Assembly: GCA_037446215.1 (NCBI GenBank)
Contig: JBBIJB010000044.1
Coordinates: 779-15,124 of the forward strand
Source: Armatimonadota bacterium
GTDB taxonomy: Bacteria; Sysuimicrobiota; Sysuimicrobiia; Sysuimicrobiales; Humicultoraceae
Reading direction: 5' to 3'
DNA: 14,346 nt
The position numbers were made by a program, and so were the translations under genes. How positions within the stretch are numbered: the first letter of the stretch is position 1; every line of letters begins with the position of its first letter. Below the pieces are notes generated by a model. The model did no database searches and was not told where the DNA came from. It saw only the letters and a program-made list of their open reading frames with translations. Below are positions 1-8,583 of this stretch, piece after piece.

Positions 1-2
1 CC

Positions 3-482
3 TTCGTCAATACGAAGTCCAACAAGACCGTCGAGCAGGTAAGCCTCTACTCCATGATCCACTCGCCGATGACCTCGTGCGGGTGCTTCGAGTGCATCAT
101 GAGCATGGTTCCCGAGACGAACGGCGTCATCATAGTCAACCGCGAGTACAGCGGCATGACGCCCGTCGGGATGACCTTCAGCACGCTGGCCGGCATGGTG
201 GGCGGCGGCGGCCAAACCCCCGGATTCCTGGGGGTCGGGCGGCTCTATCTTACGAGCCGCAAGTTCATCCCCGCAGACGGTGGGCTGAAGCGCTTGGTGT
301 GGATGCCCAAGGAACTCAAGGAGGCGCTGCGCGACAAGCTTGCCGCCCGCGCCAAGGAGATCGGCGACGAGGAGTTCGTCGACAAGATCGCGGACGAGAC
401 TGTCGCCACTACGACCGACGAGCTGATGGCGTTCCTGGAGCGCGTGGGACACCCGGCACCGTCGATGCCGCCACTTCTGTAG
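3..482 (+). CDS. acsB: Acetyl-CoA synthase (ACS beta subunit), C-terminal part; gene begins upstream of the window
   Basis: The frame is open from base 3 (FVNTKSNKTVEQVSLYSMIHSPMTSCGCFECI...). It contains the A-cluster Ni-binding SCGCFE motif, TPVGMTFSTLAGMVGGG.QTPGF.GVG and GGLKRLVWMPKELKE, all typical of the AcsB/CdhC C-terminus. TAG at 480-482. The ATG at 54 in the ORF track is internal. Confidence 0.96.
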   Translation, partial: FVNTKSNKTVEQVSLYSMIHSPMTSCGCFECIMSMVPETNGVIIVNREYSGMTPVGMTFSTLAGMVGGGGQTPGFLGVGRLYLTSRKFIPADGGLKRLVWMPKELKEALRDKLAARAKEIGDEEFVDKIADETVATTTDELMAFLERVGHPAPSMPPLL

Positions 483-490
483 GTCGTTTG

Positions 491-603
491 CAGGGGGGGC
501 GGGTGGACGCGCCCGCCCCCGCCCCGCCTGAGCCGGAACACGCTCTTTGTTGTTGAGGGCGCTGGTGAGTAGACTCGGCGCCCCCGGGGCGAACCGGGGG
601 GCG
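491..603 (+). other. Cluster of GC-rich stem-loops in the acsB-acsC intergenic region
   Basis: Three stems are visible: 495-505 with 510-520 (11 bp including one G-U, loop GACG); CGCTCTT 541-547 with GAGGGCG 555-561; CCCCCGG 581-587 with CCGGGGG 594-600. No clear U-tract follows the strongest stem. Confidence 0.55.
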
Positions 604-623
604 GCTGCTGGAGAAGAGAAGAG

Positions 624-1979
624 ATGCCGCTGACCGCTCTGGACATCTACAAGATCCTGCCCAAGACGAACTGCGGGGAGTGCGGTTTCCCCACCTGCCT
701 GGCCTTTGCGATGCAGCTCGCAACCAAGAAGGTTGCCATCGATGCATGTCCCTACGCGAGCGACGATGCCAAGGCGACGCTCGCGGGCGCGGCGGCGCCG
801 CCCATACGCCTGGTCAGCATCGGACCGGAGAAGCAGTGCATCGTGATGGGCAAGGAGACCGTGCTGTTCAGGCACGAGGAGACCTTCTACCATCCGCCGG
901 CCATCGCCGTGCGCATCCGGAGCGATAAGTCGCCCGAGGAGCTGCGTGCGGCGTTTGAGAAGGTGCTGGCCTACACGTTCGATCGTGTCGGCCAGAACGT
1001 ACGGATCGAGATGGCCGCGCTCGAGGACGCCACCGGAGATCCCGCGCAGTTCGCCTCCGCCGCCAAGGCGGCCTCCGAGATGGGGCTTGCGCTCGTGCTG
1101 ATGTCGGACTCGCTCGAGGCGATGACCGCGGCCGCCACCGCCATCAAAGAGCACAAGCCGCTGCTCTACGCCGCCACGGCCGACAACTGGGAGGAGATGG
1201 CGAAGCTAGCCAAGAGCTGCGGCTGCCCGCTTGCCGTGCGGGGCAAGGATCTCAGCGATCTGGCCGAGCTCACCCCGCGCATCGCGGCGGCCGGGATCAA
1301 CGACCTGGTGCTCGACAGCGGGGCCAGGACGCAGGCGCGGGCGCTGCAGGACCTCACGCAGATCCGACGCCTGGCTCTTCGCAAGACCTTTCGCCCCCTG
1401 GGCTATCCCTCGATGGCGATCGCCACGGCGGAGGATCCGGTGGACCACACGGCGGAGGCAGCAGCGTACATATGCAAGTACGCTGGGCTCGTGGTGACCG
1501 ACATGCTGGAGCCCTGGCAGGCGCTGGCCCTCGTCACGGTGCGCCAGAACATCTACACCGACCCGCAGAAGCCGATCCAGGTCGAGGCCGGCATCCACAC
1601 TGTAGGTCAGCCGGACGAGAGCTCGCCCGTGCTGGTCACCACCAACTTCTCGCTGACCTACTTCACGGTGGAAGCCGATACCGAGTCCGCAAGGACGCCC
1701 GCATGGGTGGTCGTCGTGAACACCGAGGGCCAGTCGGTCATGACCGCCTGGGCCGCGGACAAGTTCAACGCCGAGACGATCGCGAAGGCCATCTCCGACT
1801 CCAAGGTGGAGGAGCGGGTGAACCATCGGCGGGTCGTGATCCCGGGTGGTGTCGCGGCCCTGAGCGGGAAGCTAGAAGAGCTGAGCGGCTGGAAGATCAT
1901 GGTTGGTCCGCGTGAGTCGGCGGGCATCTCCGCCTTCATGCGGAACCAGTGGAAGCAGGCAGCCGCCAGCGGCGACTAG
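624..1979 (+). CDS. acsC: Corrinoid iron-sulfur protein, large (gamma) subunit
   Basis: N-terminal [4Fe-4S] motif LPKTNCGECGFPTCLAFA...CP, plus ETVLFRHE, RQNIYTDPQKP, VLVTTNFSLTYF, SVMTAWAA.KF and VGPRES. Purine-rich RBS (GGAGAAGAG) upstream. Confidence 0.97.
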   Translation: MPLTALDIYKILPKTNCGECGFPTCLAFAMQLATKKVAIDACPYASDDAKATLAGAAAPPIRLVSIGPEKQCIVMGKETVLFRHEETFYHPPAIAVRIRSDKSPEELRAAFEKVLAYTFDRVGQNVRIEMAALEDATGDPAQFASAAKAASEMGLALVLMSDSLEAMTAAATAIKEHKPLLYAATADNWEEMAKLAKSCGCPLAVRGKDLSDLAELTPRIAAAGINDLVLDSGARTQARALQDLTQIRRLALRKTFRPLGYPSMAIATAEDPVDHTAEAAAYICKYAGLVVTDMLEPWQALALVTVRQNIYTDPQKPIQVEAGIHTVGQPDESSPVLVTTNFSLTYFTVEADTESARTPAWVVVVNTEGQSVMTAWAADKFNAETIAKAISDSKVEERVNHRRVVIPGGVAALSGKLEELSGWKIMVGPRESAGISAFMRNQWKQAAASGD

Positions 1980-1989
1980 GCGGCGTCAC

Positions 1990-3909
1990 ATGGCGGAGAG
2001 GCCGAGCGTCAGCTTCCGGACGGAGGGTCGCACCGTGACCGTGGAGTCCGGGCAGACCCTGCTGGACGCCGCCTTTCTCGCCGGAGTAACTCTGAACAGC
2101 GTCTGCGGCGGGCGGGGTATCTGCCAGCGCTGCCGCCTGCATCTCATCTCCGGCACCGTCGAGTGCGAAGACGCCGGCAGGATTTCGGGCGGCGCAGAGG
2201 TCCTCGCGTGTACCTGCAGGGTCGTAGGGGATGTCACGGTCGACATCCCTGACGAACTGCGCATCGAGGAGGAGCAGATCCTCACCGGAGCAGAGAGGGG
2301 AGCACCCCCGCCGCCTGCCCCGGAAGGGGTCAAAGCGGAGTTGCCCGCGGAGGCCGGGGCTCCGGATCAGGTCCCGCTCGCCTTCGCGGTCCGCCTGGCT
2401 TTGCCGGCGCCAACGCTGGACGATTGCGTCAGCGATCTCAGTCGCCTCCAGAGGGAGCTACGGCTACAGCGAGGCATCCGGGATCTCGTCGTCCCGGTCG
2501 GCCTGATGCGCGACCTTCCTCGGATTGTGCGCGAGGCCAACTGGGACGTGACGGCTGTGCTCTCGCGAGCCAACGGCGGCCACGAACTGATCGATCTGCG
2601 AGGAACCGCGGACGACGTGCGGCTGTTTGGGGTGGCGGTGGACGTTGGGACGACCACGGTCGTCGTCCACCTGTTCGATCTCGCGGGGGGCGCGATCTTG
2701 GGTGCCGCGGCCGCGCTGAACAGGCAGGCTTCCTACGGTGACGACGTGATATCCCGCATCATGCACGCGGAGCAGCCGGGGGGGCTGGAGCGGCTTCGCG
2801 GGGCCGTGGTCGAGACGGTGAATGTGCTGGTGGGCGGCCTGGCGCGATCGCACCAGGTCTCACGCGACGAGATACTCGGGGCGATCTGCGCCGGAAACAC
2901 GACGATGCTTCACCTGCTCCTGGGGCTCCCCCCGTCCGAGATCAGGCGCGAGCCCTACATCCCGGTAGCGGCTACCCTGCCCAGCTATGCCGCCGGGGAG
3001 ATCGGGCTGAGGATCAACCCCAGGGCCTTTGTCTACGCGATGCCCGGGGTGAGCAGCTACGTGGGCGGCGACATCACGGCGGACGTCCTCGCCGCCGGGA
3101 TGGACCGTAAGGACGATCTGGCGATGCTGGTGGACGTCGGAACCAACGGCGAGACGGTGATCGGCAACCGGGAGTTCCTCGCCTGCTGCGCCTGTTCGGC
3201 CGGCCCCGCCTTCGAGGGAGGGGGCATCAGCTGGGGGATGCGGGCCGCGAGGGGGGCAGTCCAGCGGGTCTCCGTGGTGGAATCGGGGATGCTGGAGTGG
3301 AAGACCATTGGCGGAGCCAAGCCCCGAGGCATCTGCGGCTCCGGGCTCGTCGATCTCCTGGCGGAGCTGCTCAAGGCGGGCTACATCGATCGCGGAGGGC
3401 GGATGCGCCTTGGCGCGCCTCCGGTGCGGGAGGGATTGGACGGTCCGGAGATCCTGGTGGTTCCCGGCGCTGCCTCCGCGAGCGGCAAGGACATCGTGCT
3501 GACCGCGGCCGACATCGACAACCTACTGCGCGCCAAGGCCGCCGTCTATGCCGGAGGAGCGATACTGGCCCGAAGGTTGGGGATAGAGATGAGCGACATC
3601 CAGCGGATCTACGTGGCGGGAGGATTTGGAACGTACCTGGATGTCGAGAAGGCGATAACCATAGGCCTTCTCCCGGATGCGCCTCCCGAGAAGGTGACCT
3701 TCATCGGGAACGGCTCGGTGGTGGGAGCCGGGATGGCGCTGCTCTCCCAGGATGCTTGGCGCAGGGCGGCAGAGGTCGCAGCGAAGATGACCTACCGGGA
3801 GTTGAGCGTCGACACGGCCTTCATGGAGGAGTACGTGTCCGCCGCTTTTCTGCCCCACACCGACTGCGCGAGGTTCCCGCGCGTCTGCGCGAACCTGGGG
3901 ATGGGATAG
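1990..3909 (+). CDS. acsV: ASKHA-type ATP-dependent reductive activator of the corrinoid protein (RACo/AcsV, DUF4445) with N-terminal [2Fe-2S] domain
   Basis: Ferredoxin motif CGGRGICQRC...LAC and ASKHA motifs DVGTTT, GDDVISRI, AGNTTM, YVGGDI, DVGTNGE, CSAGPAFEG, GICGSG, AGGFG. Start reassigned from 1903 to the ATG at 1990, 10 nt after the acsC stop (639 aa). Confidence 0.93.
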   Translation: MAERPSVSFRTEGRTVTVESGQTLLDAAFLAGVTLNSVCGGRGICQRCRLHLISGTVECEDAGRISGGAEVLACTCRVVGDVTVDIPDELRIEEEQILTGAERGAPPPPAPEGVKAELPAEAGAPDQVPLAFAVRLALPAPTLDDCVSDLSRLQRELRLQRGIRDLVVPVGLMRDLPRIVREANWDVTAVLSRANGGHELIDLRGTADDVRLFGVAVDVGTTTVVVHLFDLAGGAILGAAAALNRQASYGDDVISRIMHAEQPGGLERLRGAVVETVNVLVGGLARSHQVSRDEILGAICAGNTTMLHLLLGLPPSEIRREPYIPVAATLPSYAAGEIGLRINPRAFVYAMPGVSSYVGGDITADVLAAGMDRKDDLAMLVDVGTNGETVIGNREFLACCACSAGPAFEGGGISWGMRAARGAVQRVSVVESGMLEWKTIGGAKPRGICGSGLVDLLAELLKAGYIDRGGRMRLGAPPVREGLDGPEILVVPGAASASGKDIVLTAADIDNLLRAKAAVYAGGAILARRLGIEMSDIQRIYVAGGFGTYLDVEKAITIGLLPDAPPEKVTFIGNGSVVGAGMALLSQDAWRRAAEVAAKMTYRELSVDTAFMEEYVSAAFLPHTDCARFPRVCANLGMG

Positions 3910-3965
3910 CCGGCGCGAGGGTGTGCCCGCGGCGGCACGGACCGTAGAGAGGAAGTAGAGCGAAG

Positions 3966-4727
3966 ATGCCGTTTGTGATCGCTGTAGCAGGCAAGGGCGG
4001 CACCGGCAAGACGACGGTGGCGGGCCTGATAGTGAGGGCGCTGCGCAAGGCCGGCAGGACGCCGGTACTCGCCGTCGACGCCGATCCCAACGCGAACCTC
4101 GACGCCGCGCTGGGCATGCGGCCAGCGAAGACGATCGCGGATGTGCTGGATGTCACGCGCGGCATGCGCGACGTGCCCTCCAACATGTCGCGCATCACCT
4201 ACCTCTCATATCAGCTGGAGGACTGCCTGGCAGAGGGTGCGGGCGTGGACCTGATCCTGATGGGCAGGCCGGAGGGCGCCGGTTGCTACTGCGCCGCAAA
4301 CCACCTGCTGCGCGAGCACCTTGACCGGTTGATGGGCAGCTATCCGTACGTGGTTACCGACAACGAGGCGGGCATGGAGCATCTCAGCCGGCGGACGACC
4401 CGCGATGTCAGCCTGCTGTTCGTCGTGAGCGACCCCAGCCTCGCGGGGCTCAAGGCGGCACGTCGCATTCAGGAGCTGGTGGGCGAGCTCACCCTTCCGG
4501 TGAGGGACATGGTGCTGGTGGTCAACAGGGCCTCCGAGCTTCCCCAGGCGGCGACCCGCGTGCTCGGCGGCGACGGTCTGCGCGTGGCCGGGGTCGTGCC
4601 CGATGACCCCCTGGTGGCGGCTTTCGAGTTGGAGGGTAGGCCGATGGTGGATCTACCCGATGATGCGCCCGCGGCCCGTGCAGTAACCGGAATCCTCGAC
4701 TCCGAGCTCGCCGCGGCGGTGAAGTGA
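3966..4727 (+). CDS. cooC: CooC/AcsF-type nickel-insertion ATPase (CODH/ACS maturation)
   Basis: Deviant Walker A GKGGTGKTT, DADPNANL, metal-binding GCYC (MGRPEGAGCYCAAN) and DNEAGMEHLSR. Lies within the acs cluster, so it may be the ACS-specific AcsF/CooC2 type. Confidence 0.92.
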   Translation: MPFVIAVAGKGGTGKTTVAGLIVRALRKAGRTPVLAVDADPNANLDAALGMRPAKTIADVLDVTRGMRDVPSNMSRITYLSYQLEDCLAEGAGVDLILMGRPEGAGCYCAANHLLREHLDRLMGSYPYVVTDNEAGMEHLSRRTTRDVSLLFVVSDPSLAGLKAARRIQELVGELTLPVRDMVLVVNRASELPQAATRVLGGDGLRVAGVVPDDPLVAAFELEGRPMVDLPDDAPAARAVTGILDSELAAAVK

Positions 4728-5344
4728 TGGGCTCTTACCAGATCGCCTACGCGGGCTGGCGGGCCAAGCTGGGCGCCCACGACCCGGACCTGCTGATTGA
4801 GCGCAGCGGGGCCCGCGGCCTGGGCGCGGGGCGCATAGGGGTGCGGTGCTCGGGAGTGGACTACGTGGTCTCGCATCCCGACGGGGAGGTGCTGAAGGCC
4901 GACGGGACGCCGGCCGAGCCGCCCGTGGCGATCCTGCTCCTTCTCTACCTGCTGGAGTCCACCGGGCGACCGTACGAGGATCGCTGGATATCGTTCGAGC
5001 AGTTGCCGGGAGGGCCCGGATACCTTGCCTCGTTCAGGGGCAGGGTCGTGGCGCCGATCCTCAGGGCGTTCGGGGCCGCCCCGGAGCGGTTGGTTGAGGC
5101 GTCAGGGGGCATGGAAGGCGAGCCCCTCAAGCTTGGGGACGTGGCGGTGCGCATTCCCGCGCTGCCGCGGGTACCGATTGTCTACACGATGTGGAGGGGC
5201 GACGAGGAGTTCGCACCCACAGCCAACGTTGTGTTCGATGCCTCGGTGGAGGGGTATCTGGACGCCGAGGTCCTTACCGTTCTGGCTGAAGTGACGAGCC
5301 GGCGGCTGGTGTCCGCCGTGGACCCGCGACGCAAGGAGGGGTGA
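4727..5344 (+). CDS. DUF3786-family protein of unknown function
   Basis: Motifs WISFEQLPGG..Y...F, GDVA..IPALPRVP, WRGDEEF...ANVVFD.S...YLDAE resemble DUF3786. The ATG at 4727 overlaps the cooC TGA (TGATG); an in-frame GTG at 4724 is an alternative start. Confidence 0.75.
   Translation: MGSYQIAYAGWRAKLGAHDPDLLIERSGARGLGAGRIGVRCSGVDYVVSHPDGEVLKADGTPAEPPVAILLLLYLLESTGRPYEDRWISFEQLPGGPGYLASFRGRVVAPILRAFGAAPERLVEASGGMEGEPLKLGDVAVRIPALPRVPIVYTMWRGDEEFAPTANVVFDASVEGYLDAEVLTVLAEVTSRRLVSAVDPRRKEG
5333..5340 (+). promoter_or_regulatory. Shine-Dalgarno for acsD
   Basis: AAGGAGGG 8 nt before the GTG at 5349. Confidence 0.8.
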
Positions 5345-5348
5345 TAAG

Positions 5349-6326
5349 GTGACCGTCGATCTGGTAAAGGAGAGTTGGCCCGGCAAGATCTTCACCGTGA
5401 CACTAGGCGCCACCGCGGAAGAGGGTGGGACACGCTCCAGCGTCGTGAAGGCGGGCGGACACGCCGCCCTGCCTTTCATGCCCGGCGACGCGCCCAGCCC
5501 CCACCGGCCGGTGCTGGCCATGCAGGTCCTGGACTACGTTCCGGAGGACTGGCCGCAGCAACTCCGTGCGTCCCTGTCGGACGTAGTGGGGTCACCCGCG
5601 GACTGGGCGCGGAAGTGCGTGGAGGCCCATGGGGCCGAGATGATCTGCCTGAGGCTGAGCAGCACCCACCCAGACATCAAGGACACCTCTCCTGATGCCG
5701 CGGCGGCCACCGTGCGGTCGGTGCTGGAGGCCGTCTCCGTGCCGCTGGCGGTCTTTGGATGCGGTAACGCCGACAAGGACAACGAGGTCTGGCCGCGCGT
5801 CACCGAGGCGGCCAAGGGCGAGCGGTGCCTGATGGGGATAGCCACTCCCGAGAACTACAAGACTCTGGTCGTGGCGTGCCTGGCCGACGGCCACGCGGTC
5901 CTTGCCGAAGCGCCGATCGACGTCAACATCCAGAAGCAGCTCAACATCCTGATAACCGAGATGGGGATGCCCGCGGACCGAATAGTCCTACATCCCGGGA
6001 ACGCGTCGCTCGGCTATGGGCTCGAGTACGAGTACTCGATTATGGAGCGCATCCGGCAGGCCGGGCTTCAGGGTGACAAGATGCTGGCGCAACCCGTGCT
6101 GACGATTGCAGGCGAGGAGGCCTGGAAGGCAAAGGAGGCTCGCCTTCCGGAGAGCGGAGCGCCCACATGGGGAGCCGCTGAGAGCCGCGGCCCTGCGTGG
6201 GAGACGGTCACCGCCGCGGCGTTCCTCCAGTCGGGCGCAGACATCGTGGTTGTGATGCATCCGCAGTCGGCGGCCGCCATGCAGCGGACGATCGCCGGGC
6301 TGACGACCGTCGAGGCAAAGGCATAG
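5349..6326 (+). CDS. acsD: Corrinoid iron-sulfur protein, small (delta) subunit
   Basis: GKI..VTLGAT.EEGGTR, GG..ALPF, PIDVNIQKQLN, LGYGLEY.YSIMERIR..GLQGDKML, EAWKAKEA, WE..TA...L.SGADI.V..HP. GTG start with a strong SD. Confidence 0.95.
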   Translation: MTVDLVKESWPGKIFTVTLGATAEEGGTRSSVVKAGGHAALPFMPGDAPSPHRPVLAMQVLDYVPEDWPQQLRASLSDVVGSPADWARKCVEAHGAEMICLRLSSTHPDIKDTSPDAAAATVRSVLEAVSVPLAVFGCGNADKDNEVWPRVTEAAKGERCLMGIATPENYKTLVVACLADGHAVLAEAPIDVNIQKQLNILITEMGMPADRIVLHPGNASLGYGLEYEYSIMERIRQAGLQGDKMLAQPVLTIAGEEAWKAKEARLPESGAPTWGAAESRGPAWETVTAAAFLQSGADIVVVMHPQSAAAMQRTIAGLTTVEAKA

Positions 6327-6336
6327 GAGGGAGTAG

Positions 6337-7122
6337 ATGTTCATCATTGGAGAGCGCATCAACGGCATGTTCAGGTCCGTGGCCAGGGCGATTCGCGAGC
6401 GCGATGCGACGGCCATAGCGGACCTCGCGCGGCGGCAGGTAGAAGCCGGCGCCAGTGCCCTAGACATAAACACGGGGCCGACGAGCGACGATCCAGCCGA
6501 CGTGATGGTGTGGCTCGTCAACGTCGCACAGGAAGCCGTGGACGTGCCGATGTCGATCGACAGCCCGAAGCCGGCGGTGGTCTCAGCGGGGCTGCGGGCG
6601 TGCAAGCGGCCCGCGGTGATCAACTCGACCACGGGTGCGGCCGAGAAGATGGATGCCCTCATGCCGCTCGCGGCGGAGCACGGGGCGCGCCTGATCGGAC
6701 TCACCATCGACGAGAGGGGCATCCCTCGCAACGCCGAGTCCCGGGCCGAGATCGCGCTGACCCTGGTGGCGCGGGCCATGGAGGCGGGGATATCTCCGGA
6801 CATGCTGTTCCTAGACCCGATAGTGCTTCCAGTGAACGCCGCGCAGGCCCAGGGCCCTGAGGCGCTTGACGCAATTGCCGCGTTTAGGACGCTCTGCGAG
6901 CCTGCCCCGCAGGTGATCGTGGGGCTCAGCAACGTCTCTCAGGGGGTGGCCAACCGTAGTTTGGTCAACCGCACCTTCCTGACCATGGCGATGGGTAGAG
7001 GGCTTACGGCTGCGATCCTGGATCCGAACGACAAGGAACTGATGGACGCCCTGCGCACGGCCAACGTGCTTCTGAACAAGGAGATCTACTGCGACAGCTA
7101 CCTCCAGACAGGTGCGGTCTAG
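6337..7122 (+). CDS. acsE: Methyltetrahydrofolate:corrinoid iron-sulfur protein methyltransferase
   Basis: MFIIGERINGMF N-terminus, pterin-binding barrel motifs LDINTG, SIDS, INST, LDPIVLP, GLSNVSQ, and C-terminal IYCDSYL. GGAGGG SD upstream. Confidence 0.96.
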   Translation: MFIIGERINGMFRSVARAIRERDATAIADLARRQVEAGASALDINTGPTSDDPADVMVWLVNVAQEAVDVPMSIDSPKPAVVSAGLRACKRPAVINSTTGAAEKMDALMPLAAEHGARLIGLTIDERGIPRNAESRAEIALTLVARAMEAGISPDMLFLDPIVLPVNAAQAQGPEALDAIAAFRTLCEPAPQVIVGLSNVSQGVANRSLVNRTFLTMAMGRGLTAAILDPNDKELMDALRTANVLLNKEIYCDSYLQTGAV

Positions 7123-7161
7123 CGTCCGGAGGCGCTGCCGGAACGGAGCTGCCGGGGTGCT

Positions 7162-8583
7162 ATGAACTACGAGCAGTCGCTCGAGTACCTCTACGGGTTG
7201 ATCGGAAGCCGTACGGCTTCTCCGGCACAGTACACGCCGCTGAAGCTGGAGCGGATGCGGCGTCTCTGCGCTCTGGTCGGCGACCCGCAGCGGCGGCTGC
7301 GCACGGTGCTCGTGGCGGGCACGAAGGGAAAGGGTTCGACCTCCGCGATGCTGGCCTCGATAGCGCAGGCGGCAGGCCTGCGCGTGGGGCTCTACACCAA
7401 GCCCCACCTCGAGGAGTTCCGCGAGCGGATGAGGGTGGACGGCGAACTCATACCGCCGGCCACGCTGGCCGGGCTCGTCGAGGAGGTCCGGGCCGCCGTC
7501 GCACTGGGCGAGGGCGGGCCCGGCTGGCCTCCCACCTACTTCGAGGTCTCCGCCGCCCTGGCGCTGCTGCACTTCGCGCGCAGCGAGGTGGACCTGGCCG
7601 TCGTGGAGGTGGGCATAGGCGGCCGGCTCGACGCCACCAATGTCGCGGACCCGATCCTGTCGGTAATTACGACCGTCGGCTACGACCACACCGACCTGCT
7701 GGGGCCGACGCTCCGCCAGATCGCGATGGAGGACGTCGGGATCATCAGGCCGGGCGGGACCGTGGTTACGGTCCCGCAGCTCGCGGTTCCGGCCGAGGTG
7801 ATCGAGAGCGCCTCTGAGGCGCTGGGCGCGACACTGATTCGCGTCGGGAGGGACGTCCGCTACCGAACGCTCCGGTCCTCTCTGGCAGGAACCCACATCA
7901 CCGTCACCGGCCGCCGGGGACGGTACCGTGATCTGACCGTACCGCTGCTCGGGCGCCACCAGGCGCTCAACGCCGCCGCCGCCGTGGCAGCCGGGGAGGC
8001 ACTCGACCGGGTCGGGGCGCGGGTGACCGAGGAGACGATTCGGGCAGGGCTGGCCGGGCTCAGTTGGCCTGCCAGGATAGAGCTTGTCCGCCGCAATCCG
8101 ATGGTGATAGTCGACGTGGCCCACAACCCTGTCTCGTTCCGGGCCCTGCGGGCGGTCCTGGACGAGACGTTCTCGGGGCGCAGGCTCGTGCTCGTGATGG
8201 GCGTGATCGGCACCAAGGATCTCGCCGGTATCGTGAGGACAATCGCCCCTAGGGCCGCAGTTCTCGTAGCGACAAGGGCCCACGACGACAGGGCCCTCCC
8301 GGCCGGCGAGGTCGCGGCTGCCTTCCGAGGACAGGTTCCGGAGTTGCATGTGATCGAGGAACCGGCGGACGCTTTCGACTTCGCCCTGGGGCTCGCCGGG
8401 GGAGAGGACGTAGTGTGCGCCGCGGGCTCCTTCCATGTGGCCGGACCGGTGCGAGCGCATCTCAGGTTCCTGCAAGGGAGTGCGGAGGCCGGGCCTGGTG
8501 GGAGAGCAACCCTCCAGCCTGCCGGCTTTTCCCCGGGCGACGCCGGGCTACTGCCGGCAGTGCCGGCCGTCTGGAGGGAGTAG
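7162..8583 (+). CDS. folC: Folylpolyglutamate synthase/dihydrofolate synthase family (Mur-ligase fold), with divergent active-site motifs and a C-terminal extension
   Basis: VAGTKGKGST P-loop, GLYT.PHL..FRER, TYFE, VVEVGIGGRLDATNV, DH..LLG, LLG.HQ..NAA.A, WPARIE, DVAHNP, GSFH. Confidence 0.9.
   Translation: MNYEQSLEYLYGLIGSRTASPAQYTPLKLERMRRLCALVGDPQRRLRTVLVAGTKGKGSTSAMLASIAQAAGLRVGLYTKPHLEEFRERMRVDGELIPPATLAGLVEEVRAAVALGEGGPGWPPTYFEVSAALALLHFARSEVDLAVVEVGIGGRLDATNVADPILSVITTVGYDHTDLLGPTLRQIAMEDVGIIRPGGTVVTVPQLAVPAEVIESASEALGATLIRVGRDVRYRTLRSSLAGTHITVTGRRGRYRDLTVPLLGRHQALNAAAAVAAGEALDRVGARVTEETIRAGLAGLSWPARIELVRRNPMVIVDVAHNPVSFRALRAVLDETFSGRRLVLVMGVIGTKDLAGIVRTIAPRAAVLVATRAHDDRALPAGEVAAAFRGQVPELHVIEEPADAFDFALGLAGGEDVVCAAGSFHVAGPVRAHLRFLQGSAEAGPGGRATLQPAGFSPGDAGLLPAVPAVWRE

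Noticed and set aside
1903..1989. Upstream start for acsV given in the ORF track
   Set aside because: It overlaps acsC by 77 nt with non-homologous sequence. The ATG at 1990 gives a normal ferredoxin-domain N-terminus.
8459..8580. Resemblance to a SAM-I riboswitch (AAG.GAG..GGAGG...GGCC.G.TG...GCAACC...GTGCC) upstream of metV
   Set aside because: The P3 pairing (GCAACC with GGTGC) and the P1 AUC/GAU SAM-binding elements are not correctly formed. At most it is a chance or degenerate likeness; cmsearch with the SAM-I model would settle it.
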